Assembly (NCBI GenBank): GCA_017435255.1
Contig: JAFSFI010000010.1
Span: 170,483 to 234,482, forward strand
DNA from: Bacilli bacterium
Lineage (GTDB): Bacteria > Bacillota_I > Bacilli_A > RF39 > UBA660
Direction: 5' to 3'
Length of the DNA stretch: 64,000 bases
Under the pieces are notes generated by a model that saw only the letters and a list, made by a program, of their open reading frames with translations, did not search any database and was not told the origin of the DNA. Positions 20,167 through 29,496 of the stretch are shown here, one piece after another (the first letter of the stretch is position 1; each line of letters starts with the position of its first letter). The translations under genes were made by a program, and so were the position numbers.

Positions 20167-21042
20167 ATGAAGAGAAATTTATTTATAATTTTATTTCTTA
20201 TGGTTATTATTCCTATTCCAGTAAAGGGGGAAGAATTATACGTTAATCATGGACAGTATAATTATTCTGATACTTATATAGAGGAAAGAAAGGATTTAGA
20301 GGTAGAAGAAGTATTACAAAATGGTAAAACAATTTATAAATATAGAACTAGGGATTATATAATTATTCCTAAAGGATTAGTTATAGATAGAAAAAATTTC
20401 AATATATTAGATTATATTGATACAAATTTACCGTTAGAAGATATCACGATAACTGAATATTATGATTTGGATACTATGAATAAATGTAATGGTGCTATTG
20501 AAATTAAATATAAAAAAGCCATAATGGGTTTTGTTATTTATATAAATATAGATGACTATATTGAAATACCAGAACAAATAATAATAAATGATGATAATTT
20601 TGATATATGGGATTATATAGACACAAATATAGAAACAAAAGAAGAAATAAGTATTGAGGGTGCTTATGATTTAAGTGTTAATGGTGAATATAGTGTTATT
20701 GTTTCTTATGATGATATTGTTAAAGAAACAAAACTTATTGTGGACATTTTGAAAGAGGAAGAAAATGAAATAATAGAAGAAGATGAAATTAAAGATATAG
20801 AAGTAAAAGAAGATATCACTAATAAAACTGTCGAAAATAAAGAAACAATTACTTATGTAAATAATTATTACGAAACTAAAGATACTTGTAAAGATGTAGA
20901 ATATATAGATAGATTTGTTCCTGTTAATAACATAATAAAAAGTAAAGATAAAGATTATAATAAAGAATTTAGATATATTTCATATGGCTTTTATGGTGTT
21001 ATTACTATTATTTTGTCGATAATTGTCGTACGAAAAAAATAA
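20167..21042 (+). CDS. Secreted, C-terminally anchored protein with Ig-like repeat
   Basis: Signal peptide; duplicated FNILDYIDTN / FDIWDYIDTN segments; C-terminal TM plus RKK. Confidence 0.65.
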   Translation: MKRNLFIILFLMVIIPIPVKGEELYVNHGQYNYSDTYIEERKDLEVEEVLQNGKTIYKYRTRDYIIIPKGLVIDRKNFNILDYIDTNLPLEDITITEYYDLDTMNKCNGAIEIKYKKAIMGFVIYINIDDYIEIPEQIIINDDNFDIWDYIDTNIETKEEISIEGAYDLSVNGEYSVIVSYDDIVKETKLIVDILKEEENEIIEEDEIKDIEVKEDITNKTVENKETITYVNNYYETKDTCKDVEYIDRFVPVNNIIKSKDKDYNKEFRYISYGFYGVITIILSIIVVRKK

Positions 21043-21056
21043 GAATATTTGTCGAA
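21014..21056 (+). promoter_or_regulatory. Spo0A boxes upstream of spoIIAA
   Basis: TGTCGAT (21014), TGTCGTA (21024) and perfect TGTCGAA (21050). Confidence 0.7.
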
Positions 21057-21108
21057 TGTGTATAAAATAATAAAAGAGTGATCTATTATTTAATAGCGAG
21101 GAGATAAT

Positions 21109-21444
21109 ATGCTTAAAATAGAGTGTGAATATAAAAAAGGAATTTTATTTGTAAGACTAATAGGAAATATAAACAAATCGACAATAAAAGACATGGAAAT
21201 AGTAGATAATATGATTAATAAAGCAGGAATCAAGTATCTTCTTATTAATTTAGAAAAAGTAACAATTATTAATTATTGTGAGATTTCTAAATTAATTAAA
21301 AAATATAAACGATTAATAGGAGAAGATGGAAAACTTTTAATTTGTGGATATAGTAAGAATAAAATGAATTTAGAAATCAATAGTGTAGATAGTATATATT
21401 TATATGATAGAGAAGTTAGTGCATTTAATATAATTAATATTTAA
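21109..21444 (+). CDS. spoIIAA: SpoIIAA-like STAS anti-anti-sigma factor, degenerate
   Basis: ILFVRLIG..., INLEKV..., GKLLICG STAS pattern; position before sigF. The DSSG motif is replaced by NYCE. Confidence 0.72.
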   Translation: MLKIECEYKKGILFVRLIGNINKSTIKDMEIVDNMINKAGIKYLLINLEKVTIINYCEISKLIKKYKRLIGEDGKLLICGYSKNKMNLEINSVDSIYLYDREVSAFNIINI

Positions 21445-21454
21445 AGGAGCTAAT

Positions 21455-22099
21455 ATGGAACAAGATTATACAAATATGATTTACAAAATTGCGCATAAAT
21501 ATTGTTTTGGAAATGACTTTGAGGATTTGTGTCAGGTTGGTCAAATGGGATTGATAAAGGCATATGAAAAATTTAATCCTGATTTAGGTAGCGATTTTTC
21601 ATCATATGCATATATTTATATTCAAGGTGAAATTCTTAAATACATTAGAGAAAATAGAGTAATTAGAATCAATAAAGATTTGATAAAGCTAAATAAAGCA
21701 ATTTCTAACGCTAAAGAAGTTTTAACTCAAAAAATGATGAGAATACCAACAACAGAAGAGCTGGCACTTTTCTTAGAAATACCCGAAGAACAAATCACTG
21801 AAGCATATTTAGCTACAGAATATGTAAGAAGCCTAGATTATGAATTGAATGACGATGGTAAGGAATTAACTATGTATGATTCGATAAGATATGAGGAAAA
21901 AGGATATAGTGATAATATTTTAGACTTAAGAGAAGAGATAGAAAGATTGCCGGAGAACGAAAGAAGATTAATAATTGCAAGGTATTATGAAGATAAAAGT
22001 CAACAAGAAACCTCTAAAATATTGGGAATGAGCCAAGTACAAGTATCTAGAAATGAAACAAAAATATTAACTAAGCTAAAAAGCAAATTAGCTAGTTAG
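21455..22099 (+). CDS. sigF: Sporulation sigma factor SigF, N-terminally short
   Basis: EDLCQVGQMGLIKAYEKF, IQGEILKYIRE, SQVQVSR (SigF-type; SigG has SQAQVSR); synteny with spoIIAA and spoVA. Confidence 0.8.
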   Translation: MEQDYTNMIYKIAHKYCFGNDFEDLCQVGQMGLIKAYEKFNPDLGSDFSSYAYIYIQGEILKYIRENRVIRINKDLIKLNKAISNAKEVLTQKMMRIPTTEELALFLEIPEEQITEAYLATEYVRSLDYELNDDGKELTMYDSIRYEEKGYSDNILDLREEIERLPENERRLIIARYYEDKSQQETSKILGMSQVQVSRNETKILTKLKSKLAS

Positions 22100-22109
22100 T
22101 ATTTTTTTT

Positions 22110-22138
22110 GTATAAAATTTAACTAATTAGGAAAAATA
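22110..22138 (+). promoter_or_regulatory. SigF/SigG-type forespore promoter of spoVA
   Basis: GTATA-N15-GGAAAAATA. Confidence 0.65.
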
Positions 22139-22154
22139 TTTGTAGGTGATACGT

Positions 22155-22598
22155 ATGGAAAAAAAAGAATATAAAAAAATTGTTGATAGACACAAACCTA
22201 CGGAAACTAGAGTTCAGAATGCAATTATTAGTTTTTTAGTTGGTGGATTAGTTGGATTAATTGGACAAGGATTAATCGATTTTTATGCCAATTGGTTAGA
22301 AATATCTACCAAGGATGCATCTACTTTTATGATTGTTACTTTAGTCTTTGTAGCTTCACTATTTACTGCGTTGGGATTCTTTGATAAATGGGTAACCTTT
22401 GCTAGATGTGGACTTATTATTCCTATCACTGGGTTTGCACATTCGATGACAAGTGCAGGTATTGAATATCGCAAAGAGGGACCTATATATGGACTAGGTA
22501 TGAATATATTTAAACTTGCAGGTTCAGTAATACTTTATGGAATAGTTGCTGCGTGGATATTTGGAACTATAAGATATTTACTTTTAGGAGGAATATAA
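22155..22598 (+). CDS. spoVAC: Stage V sporulation protein AC
   Basis: FLVGGLVGLIGQ, PITGFAHS, IFKLAGSVILYG. Confidence 0.93.
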   Translation: MEKKEYKKIVDRHKPTETRVQNAIISFLVGGLVGLIGQGLIDFYANWLEISTKDASTFMIVTLVFVASLFTALGFFDKWVTFARCGLIIPITGFAHSMTSAGIEYRKEGPIYGLGMNIFKLAGSVILYGIVAAWIFGTIRYLLLGGI

Positions 22599-22599
22599 T

Positions 22600-23595
22600 A
22601 TGACATATAAATATAATGGTGTATACGTTGGTGGTTATTCTACGGTAGTTGGTCCATATGAAAAAGATGGACCTTTATCTAAAGGTTTTGATAAAAGTTA
22701 TGATAATTTATATAATGGAGAAGAAACTTGGGAACAAGCAGAAGTAAGATTACTTACTGATAGTATTGATATATTATTAAAAAAAATTCAAAAAGATAAA
22801 AAAAATATTGATGTATTAATATCAGGAGATTTACTAAATCAAGTTACATCATCTAGTTATGCAGCATTAAAGTTCGATATGCCTTTCTTTGGAATTTATA
22901 GTGCATGTGCATCAAGTGCTGAAGGTATTATCTTAGGAGCAAGTCTAATAGATGGTGGTAAAACAAAAAACTGTATTGCTGCAACCTCTTCACATAATAT
23001 GTCTAGTGAAAAACAATTTAGAAATCCAACCGAATACGGTGCTCCAAAACCCAAAACAGCTACCTTTACATCTACAGGAGGTGCTAGTGTTTATTTGACA
23101 AAAGATCCAGGGAAAATAAAAATAGAGTCCTCCACCATCGGTAAGGTTGTGGATATGGGACAAACCGATCCATTTAATATGGGCGCAGTAATGGCAGCAG
23201 CGGCAGGAGACACTATTTATGAACATTTAAAAGAGTTGAAAAGGGAACCGGATTATTATGATTTGATAATTACAGGCGACTTAGGAGTATATGGTAAAGA
23301 GATATTAATTGATTATATGCATACAGAGTATGGACTAGATATTAGTAATAATTATGATGATGCCGGTACGATGCTTTATGATTTATCAAAACAAGAAGAA
23401 GTAATGGCTGGTGGTTCTGGTCCCGTATGTAGTGCATTAGTAAATTACTCTAAAATATTTCCTAAGATAGAAAAAGGAGAATTAGATAGAGTGTTGTTTG
23501 TAGCAACAGGTGCATTATTTTCTCCAACTTTTGTATATCAACATGAAAACATTAATTCAATTGCTCATGCAATTAGTTTGGAGGCGGTAAGATGA
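22600..23595 (+). CDS. spoVAD: Stage V sporulation protein AD (DPA binding)
   Basis: GDLLNQ, EKQFRNPTEYG, NMGAVMA, TGDLG, AGGSG, HAISLE. Confidence 0.95.
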   Translation: MTYKYNGVYVGGYSTVVGPYEKDGPLSKGFDKSYDNLYNGEETWEQAEVRLLTDSIDILLKKIQKDKKNIDVLISGDLLNQVTSSSYAALKFDMPFFGIYSACASSAEGIILGASLIDGGKTKNCIAATSSHNMSSEKQFRNPTEYGAPKPKTATFTSTGGASVYLTKDPGKIKIESSTIGKVVDMGQTDPFNMGAVMAAAAGDTIYEHLKELKREPDYYDLIITGDLGVYGKEILIDYMHTEYGLDISNNYDDAGTMLYDLSKQEEVMAGGSGPVCSALVNYSKIFPKIEKGELDRVLFVATGALFSPTFVYQHENINSIAHAISLEAVR

Positions 23596-23942
23596 TTTAT
23601 GTTTATTCATTCTTGTTTTGTGGAATAGTGTCAATGATAGGACAAATAATATTAGATAATACTAAGTTGACCGCAGGGCACATTACCAGTTTGTTTGTTA
23701 TAATAGGAGCAGCACTAGATACATTTAGTATTTATGATAAAATAATAATGTATGTAGGTGGTGGAGCATTAGTTCCAATAACTTCATTTGGGCATTCTTT
23801 GATTCACGGAGCATTAGCAAAAGCTAGTGAATATGGAATAATAGGTATTTTAATGGGGATGTTTGATTTAACTGCATCAGGTATAACTGCAGCCATAATA
23901 TTTACATTTGTCTTTAGTTTATTCTTTAGACCAAAAAATTAA
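23592..23942 (+). CDS. spoVAE: Stage V sporulation protein AE(b)
   Basis: IGQIILD, GALVPITSFG, FRPK terminus. Confidence 0.9.
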   Translation: MIYVYSFLFCGIVSMIGQIILDNTKLTAGHITSLFVIIGAALDTFSIYDKIIMYVGGGALVPITSFGHSLIHGALAKASEYGIIGILMGMFDLTASGITAAIIFTFVFSLFFRPKN

Positions 23943-24022
23943 GTGTTTACTAGTGTAAACATTTTTATTTTGCATAAAAACCACAATATGATATAATTAT
24001 CTTAACAATTGGATGTGATAAG

Positions 24023-24739
24023 ATGAATATAGAAATTAAGATAAATGAGTTTGAAGGTCCATTAGATTTGTTATTACATTTAATAAAAGAATCAAAAATG
24101 GATGTTTTAAATTTAAAAATAGAAATAATTACAGATCAATACTTAGAATATATTCATAAAATGGAAGAAATGAACTTAGATGTTGCTAGTAGCTATTTAG
24201 TTATGGCAGCAGAGTTAATAGAAATAAAATCAAGATTATTGCTTCCTAAAAAACAAGAAGAAGAAATAGAAGAGGAAGAAGATCCTCAAGAGCAACTTGT
24301 AAATAGATTGATTGAATATCAAAGATATAAAGATTTAACTAAAGAATTTAAAGAATTAGAAGAAGAAAGACATAAGGTATTTACAAAATCACCTGAAAAT
24401 ATAAAAGAATACTTACCGGAAGTACAAGTTATTAGTAATACGGATGTTACTTTAAACGATCTGTTAGAGGCTTTTCAAAAATTTTTGGAACGACAAAAAG
24501 AAAAGGAACCACTGGCAACAAAGGTTACCAAAAAAGAAATGTCTGTTGAGGAACGTCGTATTTCTATTAGAAAGATGATTAAAAAGAAAAAAAAGTTCAA
24601 TTTCTTGGAACTTTTTGATGTATTAACAAAAGAATATGTAGTGGTAACTTTTTTGGCTATCTTAGAGATGGCTAGGCAAAATGAACTAAAAATTATACAA
24701 GATAGTAATTTCGGTGAGATAATGTGTGAGGGGATATAG
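24023..24739 (+). CDS. scpA: Segregation/condensation protein A
   Basis: FEGPLDLLLHLI, YLVMAAELIEIKSRLLLP, VVTFLAILE. Confidence 0.95.
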   Translation: MNIEIKINEFEGPLDLLLHLIKESKMDVLNLKIEIITDQYLEYIHKMEEMNLDVASSYLVMAAELIEIKSRLLLPKKQEEEIEEEEDPQEQLVNRLIEYQRYKDLTKEFKELEEERHKVFTKSPENIKEYLPEVQVISNTDVTLNDLLEAFQKFLERQKEKEPLATKVTKKEMSVEERRISIRKMIKKKKKFNFLELFDVLTKEYVVVTFLAILEMARQNELKIIQDSNFGEIMCEGI

Positions 24740-25309
24740 ATGAATATAGAAGCAGTATTAGAAGGACTTTTGTTTGTGGTTGGCGATGATGGACTAACTA
24801 TGAATCAAATTAAAGATATTTTGTCTTTAAGTGACGACGAAGCTAAAGAATTAATTATATCTTTAAGAGAAAAATATGAACAAGAAGATAGAGGAATTAG
24901 AATTAATTTCTTAGGTAATACTTTTAAATTGACAACCAAAAAGGAACATAAGGAGTATTATCAAAAATTAATTGAAAATCCTGAAACTAATGTATTATCT
25001 CAATCGGCTTTAGAAACTCTAGCTATTATTGCATACAATGAACCTCTTACTCGTATGATGGTTGATGAAATAAGAGGTGTTAGTAGTAGAGAGATGATTA
25101 AAAAATTAGTTGCAAAAGGCTTGGTAAAAGAAGTTGGTAGAAGTGAACTTCCAGGAAGACCAATTCTATATAAAACAACAAGTGAATTTTTAGATTACTT
25201 TGGTCTTGCATCACGTGATGAATTACCAAAATTTGAAACTATAGTAGAAGAAATTACAGATTCAGTAGATTTGTATGATTCAAAATATAAAGAAGATTTT
25301 GTTGAATAA
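24740..25309 (+). CDS. scpB: Segregation/condensation protein B
   Basis: LSQSALETLAIIAY, GRPILYKTT, FLDYFGL. Confidence 0.95.
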   Translation: MNIEAVLEGLLFVVGDDGLTMNQIKDILSLSDDEAKELIISLREKYEQEDRGIRINFLGNTFKLTTKKEHKEYYQKLIENPETNVLSQSALETLAIIAYNEPLTRMMVDEIRGVSSREMIKKLVAKGLVKEVGRSELPGRPILYKTTSEFLDYFGLASRDELPKFETIVEEITDSVDLYDSKYKEDFVE

Positions 25310-25313
25310 TAAA

Positions 25314-25342
25314 TTGACGGTACGAAATAAATATTATATAAT
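25314..25342 (+). promoter_or_regulatory. SigA promoter of tRNA-Leu
   Basis: TTGACG-N17-TATAAT. Confidence 0.8.
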
Positions 25343-25355
25343 AATATTCGTACAT

Positions 25356-25441
25356 GCCTGAGTGGCGGAATGGTAGACGCGCCGGACTCAAAATCCGGTG
25401 GTAGCGATATCGTGTGGGTTCAAGTCCCACCTCAGGCACCA
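25356..25441 (+). tRNA. tRNA-Leu(CAA)
   Basis: GCCTGAG/CTCAGGC acceptor stem, anticodon arm CCGGA-CTCAAAA-TCCGG, long variable arm, GTTCAAGTC, encoded CCA. Confidence 0.97.
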
Positions 25442-25668
25442 TAGGAAATTGGTCGAACTAATCGACTTGAATATACGAAAGGTTAATTTGGGTTAACCTT
25501 TTTTATGTGCTCAAAAAGGGCTGATTAGTATGCATTTGGTAAAGGTACGATTAGATATTTAAAAAAGTTCAGGGAACAGCCTAAAAACACATCTTGACTA
25601 CATAGGCTATATGAGTCTATTTATTATTTGTTTTTTGTGTTAAAATAAAGTGCATTGGAGTTGATAAT

Positions 25669-26247
25669 ATGTCTAAAATAGTATTTATGGGCGATTCTAT
25701 AACACAATATATGCCTTATATATTTAAAGGTAATATTGGAGAAAATGGTGACGAAGTCAAATATATAGGTGTAGAAAACATTGGAATAGGTACTTATATG
25801 GATTATGTATGGCCTCGAGTAGAAAGTGAAAATGCTGATGTTTATATATTATTACTTGGAATTAATAATATTTCTAGACCGGATTGTGATTATGACGAAA
25901 GACAGTCATTAGATGATGTAGCAGATAAATTAAAAGAATTCATTGATAAAATTGTTAACAGCGGAGCAGAAAGACTATTAGTACAAAGTATTTATCCAAC
26001 TGATCTTCATAATAGAAAAGAAAAAATTATTTTTGTAAACAATAAAATAGAGAGTTATTGTAATAATGTTGGTATTGAATATTTAGATTTACATAGTATT
26101 CTACAAGATGATGAGGGTTTATTAGATAAAAAATATTCTGATGACGGAATACATCCTAATGAGCTAGGGTACAATGTAATTGCTGATAAAATAAATAAAA
26201 GATTGAAAAAAGGGTTAGGACAAAAAGTAATTCAAAAGAAAAAATAG
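25669..26247 (+). CDS. GDSL/SGNH hydrolase
   Basis: FMGDSIT, GINN, DGIHPN. Confidence 0.9.
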   Translation: MSKIVFMGDSITQYMPYIFKGNIGENGDEVKYIGVENIGIGTYMDYVWPRVESENADVYILLLGINNISRPDCDYDERQSLDDVADKLKEFIDKIVNSGAERLLVQSIYPTDLHNRKEKIIFVNNKIESYCNNVGIEYLDLHSILQDDEGLLDKKYSDDGIHPNELGYNVIADKINKRLKKGLGQKVIQKKK

Positions 26248-26403
26248 AACTATCTAGTTCTATTTTTTAGTTTGTAAACAAAAAGGTTCGTGTATTAAAA
26301 TATTAATATATGATATAATGTAAGTAATTAAATGAAGTGTAGAAATTGTGATAAATAACATTATATAAGTATTTGTTATAATCATAATAGAGTTGGAGAA
26401 ATA

Positions 26404-26718
26404 ATGGAACAAAAAAAATTTAAAATGATTGACGAAAAATTTGTTTGTGATGTTTGTGGTAAGGAAGTGTCCCCATTAGGTTATACTGCAAGAGATCATT
26501 GTCCTTATTGTCTATCTAGCAAACATGTCGATATAAACCCTGGAGATAGATTAGCTAACTGTAAAGGGACGTTGGAACCAGTAGGGGTTGAAAATGCTAA
26601 GAAGGGAAATTATAAAATTGTTTATAAGTGTAAAAAGTGTGGAGAAATTAAACGAAATATTATGGCATATGATGATAATATGGATTTAGTAATAAAAATA
26701 ATGGCTAATCCATTTTAG
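26404..26718 (+). CDS. RNHCP-domain zinc-binding protein
   Basis: FVCDVCG, RDHCPYCLSSKHVD, PGDR, CKKCG. Confidence 0.88.
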   Translation: MEQKKFKMIDEKFVCDVCGKEVSPLGYTARDHCPYCLSSKHVDINPGDRLANCKGTLEPVGVENAKKGNYKIVYKCKKCGEIKRNIMAYDDNMDLVIKIMANPF

Positions 26719-26729
26719 GAGGTATTACA

Positions 26730-27620
26730 ATGAAGTCTGAAAAAAACATATTGATAGCATTTATCTTAAATTTAGGTTTTTCAATACTTGAATTTATCGG
26801 AGGGACTATTACTAATAGTGTAGCTATTGTATCAGATGCTGTTCATGATATTGGTGATGCTGTTGGTATAGGTTTTTCATTTCTTTTAGAAAAAATAAGT
26901 AAAAGAAAACCTGATAATAAATACACTTATGGTTATTTAAGATACTCAGTAATTGGAAGCTTAATAACGACACTTATTTTATTAGTTGGTTCTATTTTTG
27001 TTATCTATAATGCCATCGTTAGGATAATTAACCCTGTAGAAATAAATTATAATGGAATGATTATCTTCGCGGTAATAGGGGTAATTGTTAATTTTTTAGC
27101 AGCATATTTTACAAAAGGCGGGGATTCATTAAACCAAAAATCTGTTAATTTACATATGTTAGAAGATGTACTTGGATGGGTGGTTGTATTAATCGGTTCA
27201 ATCATAATGAGATTTATAGATATTAAGATAATTGATCCTATTCTTTCTATTTTTGTAGCACTATTTATATTAAAAAATGTAGTAATCAACTTTAAAGAAA
27301 TAATAGATTTATTTTTGGAAAAAATACCAAAAGGAATAGATATTAGTGAGCTAAAGGCACATCTTCTTGAAATAAAAGGTGTAGTAGATGTACACCATGT
27401 TCACATTTGGAGCATCGATGGATATAATAACTATGCTACTATGCATGTAGTATCAAACAGTAAAAACAAAGAGATTAAAGATAATGTCAAAGAAGAACTA
27501 AAAGAACATGGAATAAGTCATTCTACAATCGAAATAGAAAGTATAAATGAAGAGTGTCATGATGAGTGTTGCCAAATTAATGAAAGTAAGACTAAAAAAC
27601 ACCACCATCATCATCATTAA
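26730..27620 (+). CDS. CDF cation efflux transporter (CzcD-like)
   Basis: SDAVHD, HMLED, HVHIWS; ends in HHHHHH. Confidence 0.9.
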   Translation: MKSEKNILIAFILNLGFSILEFIGGTITNSVAIVSDAVHDIGDAVGIGFSFLLEKISKRKPDNKYTYGYLRYSVIGSLITTLILLVGSIFVIYNAIVRIINPVEINYNGMIIFAVIGVIVNFLAAYFTKGGDSLNQKSVNLHMLEDVLGWVVVLIGSIIMRFIDIKIIDPILSIFVALFILKNVVINFKEIIDLFLEKIPKGIDISELKAHLLEIKGVVDVHHVHIWSIDGYNNYATMHVVSNSKNKEIKDNVKEELKEHGISHSTIEIESINEECHDECCQINESKTKKHHHHHH

Positions 27621-27728
27621 CAAAGTTGTAAAAATAATGTCAAACAAAGAGTTTACAAAAGTATATATGTGTAAAATGCATATATATTTTTTTCCTTGTA
27701 TGATATAATTTTCTTGGATGTGAATATA

Positions 27729-28751
27729 ATGGAGAGTATATATAATAAGAGTTTTAGTGATTTAGAAGAGTATTTTGAATCTATTGGAGAAAAGAAGTAT
27801 AAAGCAAGCCAAGTATATGAGTGGCTTTATGGAAAAAGAGTTGAATCTTTTGATGAATTTACTAATGTAAAAAAGGATGTTGTTGCAAAAATTAAAGAAG
27901 ATTTTTCAATTAATAGATTGGTTATCGAACAGGTAGAAAAAGATGTAGAAGTTCATAAATACTTGTTTGAACTACCTGATGGGAATCACATTGAAGCAGT
28001 TCTTATGATGCATGATTATGGAAAAAGTTTATGCATATCTAGTCAAGTCGGATGCAACATGGGATGTAAATTTTGTGAATCGGGACGTCTTAAAAAAGTT
28101 CGTAATTTAGATGCTAGTGAAATGGTTTTGCAGGTTTTACAAATAGAAAAAGAAATCAATGATAGAATTAGTCATATAGTTATTATGGGAATTGGAGAAC
28201 CCTTTGATAACTATGATAATGTTATTAAATTTGTAGAAATTGTAAATCATGCTAAAGGATTACAAATTGGTTCGCGTCACATTACTATTTCAACTTGTGG
28301 GCTAGTTCCTAAAATAAAGGAGTTTTCTTCTTTGCCATATCAAGTAAATTTGGCAATATCTTTACACGCGGCTACTAATGAGGTTAGAAATAAAATAATG
28401 CCAATTAATAAAGTATATCCAATTGAAACATTAATCGAATCTATAAAAGAATATATAAATAAGACCAATAGAAGGGTAACTTTTGAATATATAATGTTAG
28501 AAGGAATAAATGATAGTAAGGAAGACGCTATTAACTTATGTAACCTGTTGAAAGGAATAAATTGTTATGTTAATATCATTCCTTATAACGAAACAAATAA
28601 TATTGGATTTAAAAGAAGTAAAAAGGATACTATTTTACAATTTTATGATATAATTAAAAGAAGAAATATCCAAGTAACAATAAGAAGAGAGTTTGGTAGC
28701 AATATAAGTGCTGCTTGCGGACAACTTAGAGCTAAGAAGGAGAGTGAATAA
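27729..28751 (+). CDS. rlmN: 23S rRNA m2A2503 methyltransferase
   Basis: CISSQVGCNMGCKFC, MGIGEP, AACGQL. Confidence 0.95.
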   Translation: MESIYNKSFSDLEEYFESIGEKKYKASQVYEWLYGKRVESFDEFTNVKKDVVAKIKEDFSINRLVIEQVEKDVEVHKYLFELPDGNHIEAVLMMHDYGKSLCISSQVGCNMGCKFCESGRLKKVRNLDASEMVLQVLQIEKEINDRISHIVIMGIGEPFDNYDNVIKFVEIVNHAKGLQIGSRHITISTCGLVPKIKEFSSLPYQVNLAISLHAATNEVRNKIMPINKVYPIETLIESIKEYINKTNRRVTFEYIMLEGINDSKEDAINLCNLLKGINCYVNIIPYNETNNIGFKRSKKDTILQFYDIIKRRNIQVTIRREFGSNISAACGQLRAKKESE

Positions 28752-28753
28752 TA

Positions 28754-29494
28754 ATGAAATCATTTTATTTAACGGATGCTGGAAAAGTGAGAAGTCATAA
28801 TGAAGATAGTGTTATAATTGTTAAGAATAAAGATGGGGACTATTTGATGGCTGTAGCTGATGGTATGGGAGGACATTCTGCTGGGGAAGTTGCTTCTAGT
28901 ATCGCTATTAGTTATTTAGGTAAAAGTTTTAATGAAAATTTCTCTAATATGGAAAAAGTAAAAGCCGTTAATTGGTTAAGAGAAAGTGTTTTAGATATTA
29001 ACGAGCTTATATTTAGTTATGTTAAAGAACATCCAGAATCACGTGGTATGGGAACTACATTAGTAGTAGCGCTTGTAACAAAAGATTATATATTGTTTGG
29101 TAATATCGGAGACTCTTCAGGTTATGTTATAAAAGATAGTCATTTACACAAGGTAACTTATGACCATACGCTTGTAAATTTATTATTGAAAGCAGGAGAA
29201 TTAACGGAAGAAGAAGCAAAAGATCATCCTAAGAAAAATGTTCTTATGAAAGCTCTAGGGGCAAATGATCCAATTGATATAGACATATTTGACTGTGATA
29301 CTGATATTTCATCAATATTGTTATGTAGTGATGGACTTACTAATATGTTAGATAATGAGCAAATCGAGAAGGTATTATTAAGTGAATTAGATATAGAAGA
29401 TAAAGTAATAAAATTAATTAGAAAAAGTAATAATCGTGGGGGAACGGACAATATATCAGTAGCTTACTTAAGTTTAGAAGAAAGTGGTGAATAA
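28754..29494 (+). CDS. prpC: PP2C Ser/Thr phosphatase
   Basis: RSHNED, VADGMGGH, GMGTT, NIGDS, LCSDGL, GGTDNIS. Confidence 0.93.
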   Translation: MKSFYLTDAGKVRSHNEDSVIIVKNKDGDYLMAVADGMGGHSAGEVASSIAISYLGKSFNENFSNMEKVKAVNWLRESVLDINELIFSYVKEHPESRGMGTTLVVALVTKDYILFGNIGDSSGYVIKDSHLHKVTYDHTLVNLLLKAGELTEEEAKDHPKKNVLMKALGANDPIDIDIFDCDTDISSILLCSDGLTNMLDNEQIEKVLLSELDIEDKVIKLIRKSNNRGGTDNISVAYLSLEESGE

Positions 29495-29496
29495 TA

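Noticed and set aside
25254-25442. 62-aa minus-strand ORF MVPEVGLEPTR...
   Set aside because: It is the antisense translation of tRNA-Leu.
27600-27617. C-terminal His6 as a cloning tag
   Set aside because: His-rich tails are natural in CDF metal transporters, and there is no vector sequence.
25442-27620. Possible island integrated at tRNA-Leu
   Set aside because: No integrase and no duplicated tRNA 3' end were found by eye; the downstream genes are ordinary.
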